DNA of 47,262 nucleotides from Chrysochromulina tobinii (GCA_001275005.1 JWZX01003243.1:1-47262), one strand, 5' to 3'; positions 1 to 10,504 are shown, counted from the first letter of the stretch. The notes: generated by a model not told the origin, from the letters alone. Translations and numbers: made by a program.

Positions 1-615
1 CCCCTCCCCCACTCCAGCCATGACGTTTGTCGGTTCCTGGCGAGTACGCAGCGTCGGGTGCGTACACGCAGATAGGTGCGTACACGCACCGCACCCCGCG
101 TATGCGCAAAGACGCGGCGGTGGGGTGCGTGCGTGTAGGTGAACGCACCGTGCGCGGTTACGCGCCTGTCGCCAAGGTGCGAAAGCGGAAAGGGCGATCG
201 CCGTGCGTTCGTGACCGACCTCGCGCGCAGACGAGGTACGTGGCGTTATTCGTGCGTTCGCGCGAGCTGGAGTGCGTACACGCGGTTAGGTGCGTACACG
301 TGACGCTTCTGCGCGACGCTTTCAGACCGATGTACTATTGTGTATTCGGATTCGTTGACGCTCGACTCGCTCGTGACCTCCGCTCACGACCGCCGCACGC
401 GCGCCCGCGTACGGCTAGAACAGCGTAAGTGAACAACGCGCGCGCGTGTACGCGAGAAACACGCCTCATTTTACATTTTACATTAAAGCCGTGTGGCGCG
501 CTCGAAAACGTTCTCGGCTCTCCCCTCGCAGCTCGCAGCTTATCCTCTATAGGATCCGAAGATGCCCGGGGCGTGGTTACCGCGGCGATATCGGTTCTCG
601 GTTGCCGCGCCCATA

Positions 616-2949
616 TCATCGTGCGCGGCGCCCTATGACGACGCCCTTCTCGCTGGACGATCCCGAGTTCGTGCTCGTTGTTGCGAGCGAGCTACATGCA
701 CCTATCTCTGGCCAGACGACTCCCTGAGGCATGGGTCCTATGAGGGAGGGGCCGCAAACTGGATCGGTGCTGCTCGCACTTGTTGAGCTGGTGCCGGCAC
801 TGCCCGGCGCGTCGCTCGTGTACGCTGTGCTGGAACTCTCCGCAGCACCTACCATCATTGCGTCGCTGCTGCTGCTGCTCTGGTGACCAAAGCCTTCGAT
901 CGGGCCCGCGAGACTCGCCTCTTGCAGCCCCGGTGGCACATTGACGGGCGGCACGAGCGGTTCAGCTGAATCAACTCTTCGGTAAAAGACCATGTAGGTA
1001 GAACCAGCGGAGCCGTTTTCGGTCGCACCCATCGCTGCCTGGAGCTGTGAATCCGTCGCCAAGGAGACACTCGAGTCGTTAAACTTGTACCAGGTGCCAC
1101 TGGAGAGGTCCTTGATGAAGCAGAAGTAATGCCCGGCGAGTGCCGAGCCTGAGTGCATCAGCATGGAGAAGAGTTCGTACTGGTCAGCAGCGGAGCTTGT
1201 GCTGTTACCGCCCTCACCGCTGGCGGCCTCACCGCTGGCAACCGCGCTGGCGGCCTTGCCGCTGGCGGCCTGACCGCCGGCAGCCTCGCCGCTGGCGGGC
1301 TCGCCATCGTCGCCAGCCCCGCCCTCTGTGAGACCACCATCACCATTAGAGATATCACCGCCGGCAGCACCGTCGTTACATTCGAGTGACACCTCGGGCT
1401 CTGGGGAAGAGACGGCGTCCGTCGACGAACCGCCCTCGCCGCTGTCAGCTTCGAAGTTGTCGCCCGCCAATTTGCGTTTCGCCTGCCGAACGGCGCGATC
1501 CTCAAGGAATGTGGAGGCGCTCAGCATCGCTGGAACTGCGACGGAGTGGTGTAACTTGACACGGCGCAGCTCTGCAAAGTCGAAGTCAAATCGCTTGAGG
1601 CCCAGGCAAAGCACGGGAGGCAGCATAGTGAACCGCAATCCCTTAAGCGCGGGTTGCTTAGATGCGCAGTGCTCGCAGTGATACGCATTGTCGCCCTCGA
1701 GGGTCTCAGGCTCGATGAAGGCCTCGATCGCCGCCGCGAGCGACCGGATGGGCGTCTGCGCTGCGTCAAAGGTTCTGATGGCGAGATTGACGTCGTCAAA
1801 GGCGGACGGACGGCTCGACGTCGTACCGCACGTCTTGCATCGCACGTCTGCGAAGGATGAGGCTCATAGTCACGAGGCAAACGGACAAAATCATGGTCGA
1901 GATCATTTCAGCTCAAAAGGGAGGTTCTTTCGAGCTGATGCCATTACAGTCGCACCACTCGCCGCGATAGATGCGACGAATGTGTTCGTACTGCGCACTC
2001 CCCTCGAGCTCAGTCTCGAGCGCGTCGAAGAGCACGCGCAGGAGCTCCTGCACATCGTGCTGCATGAAAGCGTCGGCCTGCGTCCACCCAAAAGAGCCTG
2101 TGAGAGCCTTCGTGTCAACAGCTTGGGCCTTTGAGGTCTGCAGCTGCACGAAGACGCGCTGCAACTCACGCGAGATGACGCCAGAGCCCGCTGTGGGCGC
2201 TCCGAGGTCATACATCGCCGCACGGAACTGCGGCGTCATGAAGAGGGATTGCACGAGGGAAGAGAGATAGCAAGTCGCGCCCTGCAAGCGGCTCGCGCGC
2301 GTCAATACGTTTCCTGGGGCACTGGGGGTGTCCGGAAAGAATCAGCTCACCTGATTGATGAGCCCGATGAACCCGTCCGCATTGACTTCAGCCGAGGAGG
2401 CGATGCCGCGAGCAAGTGGGCCGTACACGTGCTGCTGCCCGTCAGCCCGGCCAGCACTCCAGAGCGCAACTGTGCCAAGCGCTTGGGCAGCCACACTGCT
2501 GCCGCTCCCGGCTGTGGATGCAGCAGCTTCTGGAATCCGGCCGTTGATGCCTTCGACGCGGAGGCGCTGCTTCTGAGTGCATCCGATCTCCAAGAGCTTC
2601 GTCGCGTCGGCGCCCGGGTCGTCCAGCTTGAGCGTGAACGAGTTTGAGCAGAGCGCGAAGGTCCCGACCACCAGATTGCACTCTTCAGCGACCTTAACCT
2701 GCAGTAGCGGGAGGGGGGAGGGTGAGCGGGAGCGGGGGATGGTAGCGGGAGGGCGGAGGGAGCGGCAGCGGGGGGTTCAGCCGGAGGTTGAGGGATGGGC
2801 AGGGGTGGGTGTGGCTTTACGAGAAGTGCCTGCACGTTCTCATCAGCGGCCATGGTCACAGGGATGCGCGTCGAGCCCTGCTGACAGTATGGATTCTGGA
2901 TGATCAAAGTGATCATCTCGGCACCCCCCTCTGCTGTGGTGGTGAGCAT
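616..2949 (-). CDS. Ubiquitin-specific protease (peptidase C19, USP47/USP7-like) with a probable N-terminal ubiquitin-like domain; exons 2949-2821, 2698-2351, 2281-1948, 1847-616
   Basis: Cys box GLINQ|GATCYL is assembled across a GT-AG intron. Also QHDVQELLRVLFD, zinc-ribbon CxxC pairs (RCKTC, YHCEHC), LKRFDFDF and His box HSGSALAGHY...WYKFNDS. All three introns are GT-AG and frame-compatible. Confidence 0.92.
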
Positions 2950-3123
2950 CCTGATGTATCGGATCCGCTCGTCTCGCACGAAAGGACGCGAGAATCCGAC
3001 TGGAAATTCTTGACAATTTCGGCAATTATTCCCCACGACGCGTGCGTGAGAGTATGTGAGCGATAGGGTTACATGTAACGACACGTGACAGTCTCTTCTC
3101 GCGGCTTCGTCAAACCACAGAAA

Positions 3124-4263
3124 ATGGGGACCAACCGTCAAACGAAGGCATTCTGGCCTGTGGCGTGTCGGCAGCGCGATCCGCCGGCGGATATTCACGT
3201 GCCACAGTGGCAGCCAGCTTCGGCAGGTGATCATCATCAGCATCCAATGTGGGAGCCGTGGCAGCCGGTAGCCGCCGCGGCGCAGCATCGAGGCCAAGAA
3301 GTCACCACCCTGCCGCCACCACCAGCGTACCATACGACGATGCACCGCGAAAGTTTCAAGCGACCACCACTACCGCCGCGGCCTGAGCCGCCGCCAGTAA
3401 CAAGCCCCGAGCCTAAACTATTCCACGGTAATACTACTTCCAGGACGAGTTTCCAGTGGCCCAGACCAGAGGACTACGCGGCTGCTGTGCCGCCCGCACC
3501 GTCGTCTTTGCCCGCAGCTCCGTATCCGCCGGCCTGGCCTGTGGTCTCCTTCCATGGGCACGTCGATGCAGTGGAGCGCGCTGTACACAACTCTGCGATC
3601 GAAATGGAGGAGGCTCGAGCTTGGCGACGATTGGCCAAGGTCGTTCCTGAGAGGCTCACTTACCATGGCGAGGATGAGCTGCGTGCGATGGGAAAGCCGC
3701 CGCTCACACGCGCCTTGGGCGGGTATCCCACGAGGGGACGCACGCCGCCACCCGCTCGGGCGGCCGCGCAACGAAGCAGTGGATACGGCCACGGTGCGCG
3801 CCGGGCGACGGCGCCGCCCAAGATCACGTGGCGACAGCATGAGCATGCTGCGGGCTCACGGGCTCGACCGCCGCCGCCGCGTGAGGCGGCCGCCGCCACT
3901 AGCGCACACACTCGCTCGCGAGCCGACGACTTTACGGGTAGCGTCGTCTTGGGCGAGGAAAATCCTGAGGCGCTGGCTCCTAGGCATCCAAAGGCGCGTC
4001 AGCCGCACACACTCATGAGCGCGGCCGAGTGGAAGCGAGAGCTTCGCGAACGCGCGCGCATGTCGATGCCGGGCGCATGCCGTGAGGCGGCTGCCGGCGG
4101 CTGTCGCGCACTTTGCCAAGGAGCATATGTGCGTGCGGCAACGCGTGTCGCGCCCACGGGCGCAGGCAACGAGCCGCTGCCCATTGGCGTCGTGGCTCGG
4201 CCACGGAGCGGTGCTCATCGGTTGGCGACGTGGGGCTCGAGCAAGGCAATGGCCTACCGTTGA
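3124..4263 (+). CDS. Hypothetical Pro-rich protein with possible SAXO/MAP6-type Mn motifs
   Basis: Long open frame, divergent from the USP gene; motifs YHTTMHRESFK and FHGNTTSRTSFQW. Confidence 0.5.
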   Translation: MGTNRQTKAFWPVACRQRDPPADIHVPQWQPASAGDHHQHPMWEPWQPVAAAAQHRGQEVTTLPPPPAYHTTMHRESFKRPPLPPRPEPPPVTSPEPKLFHGNTTSRTSFQWPRPEDYAAAVPPAPSSLPAAPYPPAWPVVSFHGHVDAVERAVHNSAIEMEEARAWRRLAKVVPERLTYHGEDELRAMGKPPLTRALGGYPTRGRTPPPARAAAQRSSGYGHGARRATAPPKITWRQHEHAAGSRARPPPPREAAAATSAHTRSRADDFTGSVVLGEENPEALAPRHPKARQPHTLMSAAEWKRELRERARMSMPGACREAAAGGCRALCQGAYVRAATRVAPTGAGNEPLPIGVVARPRSGAHRLATWGSSKAMAYR

Positions 4264-4626
4264 GTTCTAATCTTTAACATTTGGATGAAATTTGGATCAG
4301 AATGATAGCTCTCGGGGGCCGGCTCGGTGGAAAACACGGTTTTACTAACGAGCGTCGATTCGTATTCCTTTGACAGTTTGCAGTTTTGCACTCACGACCG
4401 CCCCACGCACCGACAACGCTCTGCGGCGCGGGCCGCGGCTTGAGCGCGACTCTCAAGAAGCGCATGTGATCCGGCACGGAGGCAGAGCGGAAACCAGGAT
4501 CGCGTTTAAAGGCGTTCCAGCGTGTCTAGAGTCGCCAGATGCTGGACTCAATGCTGGACGTGCTCGTGTTTGGGAGGGGCCGAGTGTCAGTGCGAGAGTC
4601 GAATTGCGAGTGTCATGGGGAAGCCC

Positions 4627-6651
4627 TCACGGTGTGAGCCGCGTCGGATCGCGCGGGAACATGGATGATTTTCGGATGTTGTCGAGCCCGAGGAAGAGCA
4701 TCACAACGCGCTCCATGCCGATGCCGCCGCCGGCGTGCGGGAATGCGCCATAGTTGAACGAGTTGACGTAATCCTGGATCGGAGTGAGGTCCACTCCCTT
4801 CTGGGCAGCAAGCTTGACTAGCATCTCTGGGTCGTGGATGCGCTGAGCGCCCGAGGTGACCTCCTCGCCGCGGATGAAGATGTCGTACGCGTTGGCCCAG
4901 TTGGGCTGATCCGGGTCCGGCATCGTGTAAAAGGGCCGTAAGGCCGCGGGGAACTTGTCGATGACGTAGAAGTCGGTGTCCTTGACGCGCGAGACGACGG
5001 CTCCGAGGAGCTTCTCGTCGCGCGTCGACAGGTCCTCCTCATCGCCGTGAACGGGGACCGTCTTCAGGTGCTCGCGCATGTCGCTGACGAGCTTGGCCAG
5101 ATCCTTTGCTTCCTGCGAGCTGCCCAGCTCCTCAGCCGCCTTCTGCTGCTGCTCGAGCGCAGCGAGGCGCTCGGCACCAATGGCAGGGCCGTGCTCGCGG
5201 AGCAGCTGCACGGCCTCGTAATAGGTGAGCCGCAGGGCGGTTCGACCGAATTTGAGGTCTTCGAATGGATACTGCGCGCGCACGGCCTCGAGCTCCTTGG
5301 CGCAGCGCTCATTGAGGCCGGCGAAGATGTGGATGAAGAGACCCTCGAGCACCTCAAGAACCTCGTGATAGTCGTCCTTGAAGGTCATCTCCATGTCGAG
5401 GCCTGTGAACTCGGTCATGTGTCGGTGCGTGAACGACTTTTCCGATCGGAAGACCGGCCCGATCTCGAAGACGCCCGGCCGACCCAGGTCGCCCATCAGG
5501 GCCATCTGCTTGTACAGCTGCGGCGACTGGGCCAGGTATGCGTGTCGTTGGAAGTAGGTGAGCTTGAAGACGTCGGCGCCGCCCTCGGAGGCCGTGGCGA
5601 TCATCTTGGGCGAGTGAATCTCAATGAAACCCTTGCCGAGCAGGAACTCGCGGAAGAGCGCACACACCTCGGACTGGATGCGAAAGATGCCCTGATTCGC
5701 GCTCGTACGGAGGTCGATGACGCGGTTGTCGAGGCGCGTGTCCGGTTCGACGCGAGGAAGCTTGAGCCGCGCCACCTCCGCGTCGGAGCGGCCGGCATCC
5801 TCGAGCTGCAGCGGCAGCCGCGTCGCCGCCTTGGAGATGCAGTAGATTCGCGTCACTTGCAACTCGACGCCACTCTGTGTGCAGCTCGTGATCGGAGCCG
5901 GCGGCGTCGTCACTTCGGCGAGCACGTCAACGATACTCTCTTTCGGCAGACCGCACGCAAAGCTCACGAGGTCCTTGCCCTGCACGACGACCTGCACAGT
6001 CGACAGCCGCTGGCGCAGTTCGATGAACCCCAGCTTGGCCGACTGCTTGCGCGTATTGTGCAGGCGCGCGCGGAGCCAGACGCTCGAGCCGCTGAGCGCC
6101 GGGGTGAGCGCATCGACATCAGTCCAAGTGCGCTCAGTCTTAGTATTCGAGTTGATAGTGAGCTGGCCGAAGGGGTGCTCCATAAAGTCAAGAAGGGTCA
6201 CTGTCGGCACCTCTGGCCCCTCGAGATTCTTCCTCTCGGCCTCCTCACGCTCCTTGCGCTTGCGCTCCTTCTCCTCCTCCTTCTTGCGCTTCTCCTCTGC
6301 CTTGGCCGCCTTCTTCGCTTCCTTGTCACCGCCTGTCTCGCCTGCATCAGCCCTCGCCTCGGTCGACGCCGCTTCCGCTGCGACCGTGCTGGCGTCGCCC
6401 CTGAAAATGAGCGCCGCGTCCCACTTTACAGGCAGCCCTGCTATGGACGGATCGTGGGCAGCAGCTTCCGCAACTGGGATCGTCGACCCAGGCGGCACCG
6501 GCGGCATGAGATTGTCGGCCATCCACTCAAATGGTTTCGCGGGCGTCTCATGGACGAGATCGTTTAGCAGCTGATTCAGGCGCGGCTGGAGTTCATGCTT
6601 GTCGAGGTACGCTTGCAGATCGGCGCGCTCCGCATCACTTGCGGCCGACAT
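4627..6651 (-). CDS. DARS1: Cytosolic aspartyl-tRNA synthetase (class IIb) with N-terminal Dpy-30/RIIa-like module
   Basis: OB fold (WLRARLHNTR, FIELRQ), RLDNRVIDLRT, SEGGADVF, LAQSPQLYKQM, motif 2 FEIGPVFRSEKS..RHMTEFTGLDMEM, motif 3 PHAGGGIGMERVVM, C-terminal FPRDPTRLTP. ATG at 6651 was chosen over the ORF-track start at 6780. Confidence 0.96.
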   Translation of the reverse strand: MSAASDAERADLQAYLDKHELQPRLNQLLNDLVHETPAKPFEWMADNLMPPVPPGSTIPVAEAAAHDPSIAGLPVKWDAALIFRGDASTVAAEAASTEARADAGETGGDKEAKKAAKAEEKRKKEEEKERKRKEREEAERKNLEGPEVPTVTLLDFMEHPFGQLTINSNTKTERTWTDVDALTPALSGSSVWLRARLHNTRKQSAKLGFIELRQRLSTVQVVVQGKDLVSFACGLPKESIVDVLAEVTTPPAPITSCTQSGVELQVTRIYCISKAATRLPLQLEDAGRSDAEVARLKLPRVEPDTRLDNRVIDLRTSANQGIFRIQSEVCALFREFLLGKGFIEIHSPKMIATASEGGADVFKLTYFQRHAYLAQSPQLYKQMALMGDLGRPGVFEIGPVFRSEKSFTHRHMTEFTGLDMEMTFKDDYHEVLEVLEGLFIHIFAGLNERCAKELEAVRAQYPFEDLKFGRTALRLTYYEAVQLLREHGPAIGAERLAALEQQQKAAEELGSSQEAKDLAKLVSDMREHLKTVPVHGDEEDLSTRDEKLLGAVVSRVKDTDFYVIDKFPAALRPFYTMPDPDQPNWANAYDIFIRGEEVTSGAQRIHDPEMLVKLAAQKGVDLTPIQDYVNSFNYGAFPHAGGGIGMERVVMLFLGLDNIRKSSMFPRDPTRLTP

Positions 6652-7236
6652 CCAGCGCTCACGGGCACTCACGGGTCGACGTGGCGCGTTGCGTAATTTC
6701 CGCGAAATGTGTGGGGAAAATTTACAAGTCCTTTTTATCCAGGGTCTGTCGTTCCCGCTGTCCCGGAAGAGGTCATGCATCTGAACACTCTACTATCGAA
6801 ATGTCCGTAAATGCACCCGCATACCCTCAAGCCGCATACCGGCCCTTCCGTCCGCGTCCCATAAGGATACGCCATACCGCATACGGACGCAGCACGCACA
6901 CGCACACACCTAAGCGGTGCCCCGCTTGCTGGCCTGTTACCAGCAGTCATGTAGGCGCCCCCTCGCGCGCTTCAGCGCCAGCCGCGCCTGAGACTATTGA
7001 GCTGTCCTCTGATGATTTAGTGGACGGGGGGCAGGGGGAGGAGCTGTGCCTGCGACTGCCTCGAAGTCGATGGGCAAAAGGCAATGGGGCACAGTGCACG
7101 GCATCTGACCGAGTGCGACCTCTCAGGAAACGAGATGCACGAGAAAAGGGAAGGCCTCGATTCGTTTCGCACTGCAAGGAAAGGCTGGGTTTAAGCTGCT
7201 CATCAGTGTCGAGGGATGTGTGGCTGCGAGTGAGAT

Positions 7237-7319
7237 TTAAAACAGGACCACACAATACAGCGGCGCTCATGCGTTGCGTGTGAATTAAAACAGGACCACA
7301 CACAGTACAGCGGCGCTCA
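7237..7319. repeat. Direct duplication of ~33-35 bp (7237-7269 and 7285-7319)
   Basis: ttaaaacaggaccacacaatacagcggcgctca versus ttaaaacaggaccacacacagtacagcggcgctca. Confidence 0.9.
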
Positions 7320-10300
7320 AGCAAGCGCGTCCCCGGGCCCACCAGACCCACCAGACCCACCAGACGTGGCAGCTGCTGAAGCCTGTGTCGTCTCATTGGC
7401 GCGGAGAAACCTCCGAAATTCCTCCATGCAAGCGGCCATCTGGTGCCCGGTCGGGTCGGCGTGTGCCCTTTCCATCTTGTCGCGAAGCCACGTCGGCTGC
7501 AGGGCTGGCACGTAGCGCCTCTGAGCACATGTCAGGCTCAGCTCAGCAGCCGGCGGCAGCTGCGACGGTAGCCGGTCGCGCCACGCGTCGACCTTGGCTT
7601 CGTCGCATGTAGCTAGCAGCACGCCCAGCTCTACATTGCTTGGCTGTGAGCCCCCCTTTGAATCCCCCTTAGAGTCGCCCCACGCGGCCGCGCTCAAGTT
7701 GTGTGAGCCCAGGTAAAGTATGCCGCGCGGCCGGCGAGCCGCGCTGTCCGCCCCGGCCCCGCTGACCACGGCTCCGCTGGTGACGAGTGTGACCTTTGCG
7801 TGGGAGATGGGTACGCAGGCTGTGGAGGAGGTGCCACGGAATGTGGCCGGCTGCGCGTCGAAGAAGAGGCGATCGCGCACCTCTGCAGGGATCTCGTCAT
7901 ACTTGGCCATCGGCATGAAGCGAAGGTTGGACAGCGAGGAGAAGCGCATGCTCAGGACCATCGCACGAGACGGCCACAGGCAGCGAGTTCGGAGGACGTC
8001 TGACCATTGCGCCTCCTCGTCCCGAGTGACCCGAGTGTCCTCGCCGTCCATCTCCCCAAGCATAGCCTGCTCCAAAAGGCGTACAAACGGCGGCTTCAGG
8101 TCCCCAAATGAGCCCGCCTGGAACCAGACTGTCGGCGTCTCGACTACTTGACCCCTTAGACGCTCTCGTGCAGCCAGGGCGAGGCGGCGCCAGCCTGTAG
8201 GGGGTTTACCGCCAGGGGGGGGGCGGCCAGGGACAGGCATGCTCTCGACGAGGCTAGCCGCCGCCCAGGCGAAGTCGATCCCATCAAAGAGGTGTTTCAC
8301 GAGCCGATTCACGTCGTGGTGCCTCGGCTCCATGGGCTTAGTATCAGTCAGCCGATCCACAAACGTCCGGAGCCGTCCACCAAAGTCGCCCGGGGTTGCA
8401 CGCGCGGCTGAGGCTGGCGCGGCCCCGCCCCGTGCCACGTCGAAGTCTTGTACCCAGATCGCGTCTCTCATGCTCTCCCACTGCCCACTGCCCATGAGGT
8501 TACAACCGGTGATGCCGACGCGCAGGCCGCCTGCCGTGCGGAACAAGAGAAGCTTGGCGTGTACGATGCCCCCCGCCGGCTTGACGAGCATCCACAGCCA
8601 GCCGGGGCGGGATGGCGCCTCCTGCCGGGCGGCGTCCACAACCTCCGCATCTCCAAGCAGCCGAGGCTTGCCAGCATCGTGCCGTGTGTCAGACGCCACG
8701 ATCAATGCGTTGGGTATCGATGCAAACTTGGACGCAACCCACGGCGGATCGAGGCAAAAGCTCGTCGCGAGCGCGCATTCGCACGCGGGAGGAATGAGGT
8801 CGGTGATCTCAAGGCGACCCGACATCAACGGACTCTCATCGAGCCGCTCGTCGGCCACGCGGTTGAGAAAGATCTCGGTACCGTCGAACGAACCAAAGGG
8901 CAGACCGGAAGCAGCGGGGGGAGCGTGCTGACTTGGCCGCGATCGCCAGGTCAATGCCTGGTCAGCCTTTGGAGAGGGTCGAGCGGGTACCACACCGTCC
9001 AGCAGCAGCGCAGCTGCCGCATCGACGCTGCCGCCTGATGCGTCCAAAGCTACCTCGCACGCAGCGCGTTCGAAGCCCAACTCGATGAGCTGGCGAATCG
9101 CCCCGTCCGTCCCGTCACTCGCGCCTCCGCCCAAAGCACCGCCGCCAAAGACGTCGCAGACGCCGCCGACGCCGCCGCCGCCGCCCGCGCCGCCGCTCAA
9201 GCCGGACACACCATCATGAGAGAAGCTCGCAGCGCCCGCGGCAGCGCGTTCGTATGGGGTCGTCTGCGTGCGCAGCTCTCGCTCTGGGTCGGCTGGATGG
9301 CGATATACATCGAGCTGACCGGGGTCGGGCAGGCGCCTCTTGGCTTTGATACACGCAGGAACCCAGGTCTGGTCGTACACGATGGGCCATCGAGAGCGCT
9401 CCAAGGTTGACAGGGCGCCCAACTGATGAGCGAGGCGATCAGAGGTCATCAGAGGTCATCAGCGCTCCAAGGTACCTGATGAGAGAGGCAATCAGACGTC
9501 ATCAGAGGTCATCAGCGCAAGGTCAACAGGGCGCCCACCGCCGCCTCTGGCTCAACAGCGCGATCAATAATGAGGCAGGTGGCGTCGTGCACGCTGTCCA
9601 CAAGTATCGCGCCGTGGAGGCGCGCGAGCCTTGCTGCAATGTCATACAGTTTGCCGCCGACCCTGTACTCACCCTTGCGACCGATGAGGAACTTGAGGCC
9701 GCTAAAGATCCCCGCCGGCACCGCCACCGACACCGCCGCCACTCCCGGTGCAGCGTCTGCAGCCGCCGCCGGTTCGGGTGGCGGCGCAGCAGAAGACCGT
9801 GGACGCACGGAGGCGGGTAGGTCCGTCAACTCGGCAGCGCTGCCCGTCCGTTTCTCGGCTTGCCTAGGCAGTGATGGCTGGACCGCAGGCCCTGCCACTT
9901 GCACTGGTGGCGCGCTCAGCCGCGGAGGAAAGGCCACGCGGATCTCCATTCCCGGTCCGTAGCCGGAAGGTACTACGTAGGCGAGAAGCGTGCCATCGGG
10001 CGCCGCCATGCGGAACTGACGGCCCGCAACGCAGCCCTGCGGGATGATCGTGTCGAGCGTCGCAGGTGCCGCCGTGACACTTGGTGGCGCGCGCGGCAGC
10101 CCGCAGAGCGAGTATCCGGTGAAGCCTTCCCGAAGGCCGCTCGGGTTGAACGCCACCGCGCTGCGATTTGGCACGCTGACAAACAAGATCGGGTCGTCAG
10201 ACTCGCATCCTGGGGGCTGATACTTCTCGTTATCAGCGTCTCGCGTCACCTCAACGGGCACGTCGTTCGGGAGTATAAAGCCATTAAGCCACGAGCGGCG

Positions 10301-10504
10301 CTTGCCTCGCACGGTCACGGTCACGGTGGATGTCGCCGAGCAGCGGCGCAGCTCGAAGTGCACTCGCGACAAGTATGGGTCGCCGTGCGCGTGCACGTTG
10401 CACCGGCTTGCGTCTCGACCGATGAGCACAACTTCGCTCGTGAGCGGCACATCTGCAGAGCCGTCGTGTGGCCGGAGAGTGAGTAAAGGCAGCAAGGACG
10501 ACAT
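7317..10504 (-). CDS. TDP1: Tyrosyl-DNA phosphodiesterase 1-like protein with FHA, BRCT and UBA domains; exons 10504-9539 and 9422-7317
   Basis: FHA (IGRD...LSRVHFEL). The BRCT is split by the intron (IFSGLKFLIG...HGAILVDSVHDATCLII | WPIVYDQTWVPACIKAKRRLP). UBA (AIRQLIELGFERAACEVALDASGGSVDAAAALLL). Two TDP1 HxK motifs (GIVHAKLLL...TGCNL; SHAK...YLGSHNLSAAAWG...NVELGVL). A phase-0 GT-AG intron at 9538-9423 joins the two ORFs. Confidence 0.85.
9423..9538 (-). mobile_element. Introner-like compound intron: two 40-nt CTGATGA...TCATCAG modules, each preceded by a copy of downstream exon sequence
   Basis: Modules at 9476-9515 and 9423-9462 are 37/40 identical and have 7-bp terminal inverted repeats. 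The intron 5' end matches the next exon start at 18/21 positions. Confidence 0.6.

Noticed and set aside
1200..1470. Low-complexity insert with AASGE/K repeats in the USP domain
   Set aside because: Disordered insertions before the His box are common in USPs.
5047..6567. Long antisense or alternate-frame ORFs (also 21969-22886, 17125-17940, 37220-38305)
   Set aside because: These are shadows of GC-rich real genes on the opposite strand with no independent motifs.
6780..7230. ORFs between AspRS and TDP1
   Set aside because: No motifs and atypical codon use; likely promoter and 3' UTR sequence.
9423..9515. CRISPR-like or hammerhead reading of the CTGATGA modules
   Set aside because: Only two units, no unique spacers or cas genes, no GAAA core, and a eukaryotic intron context.
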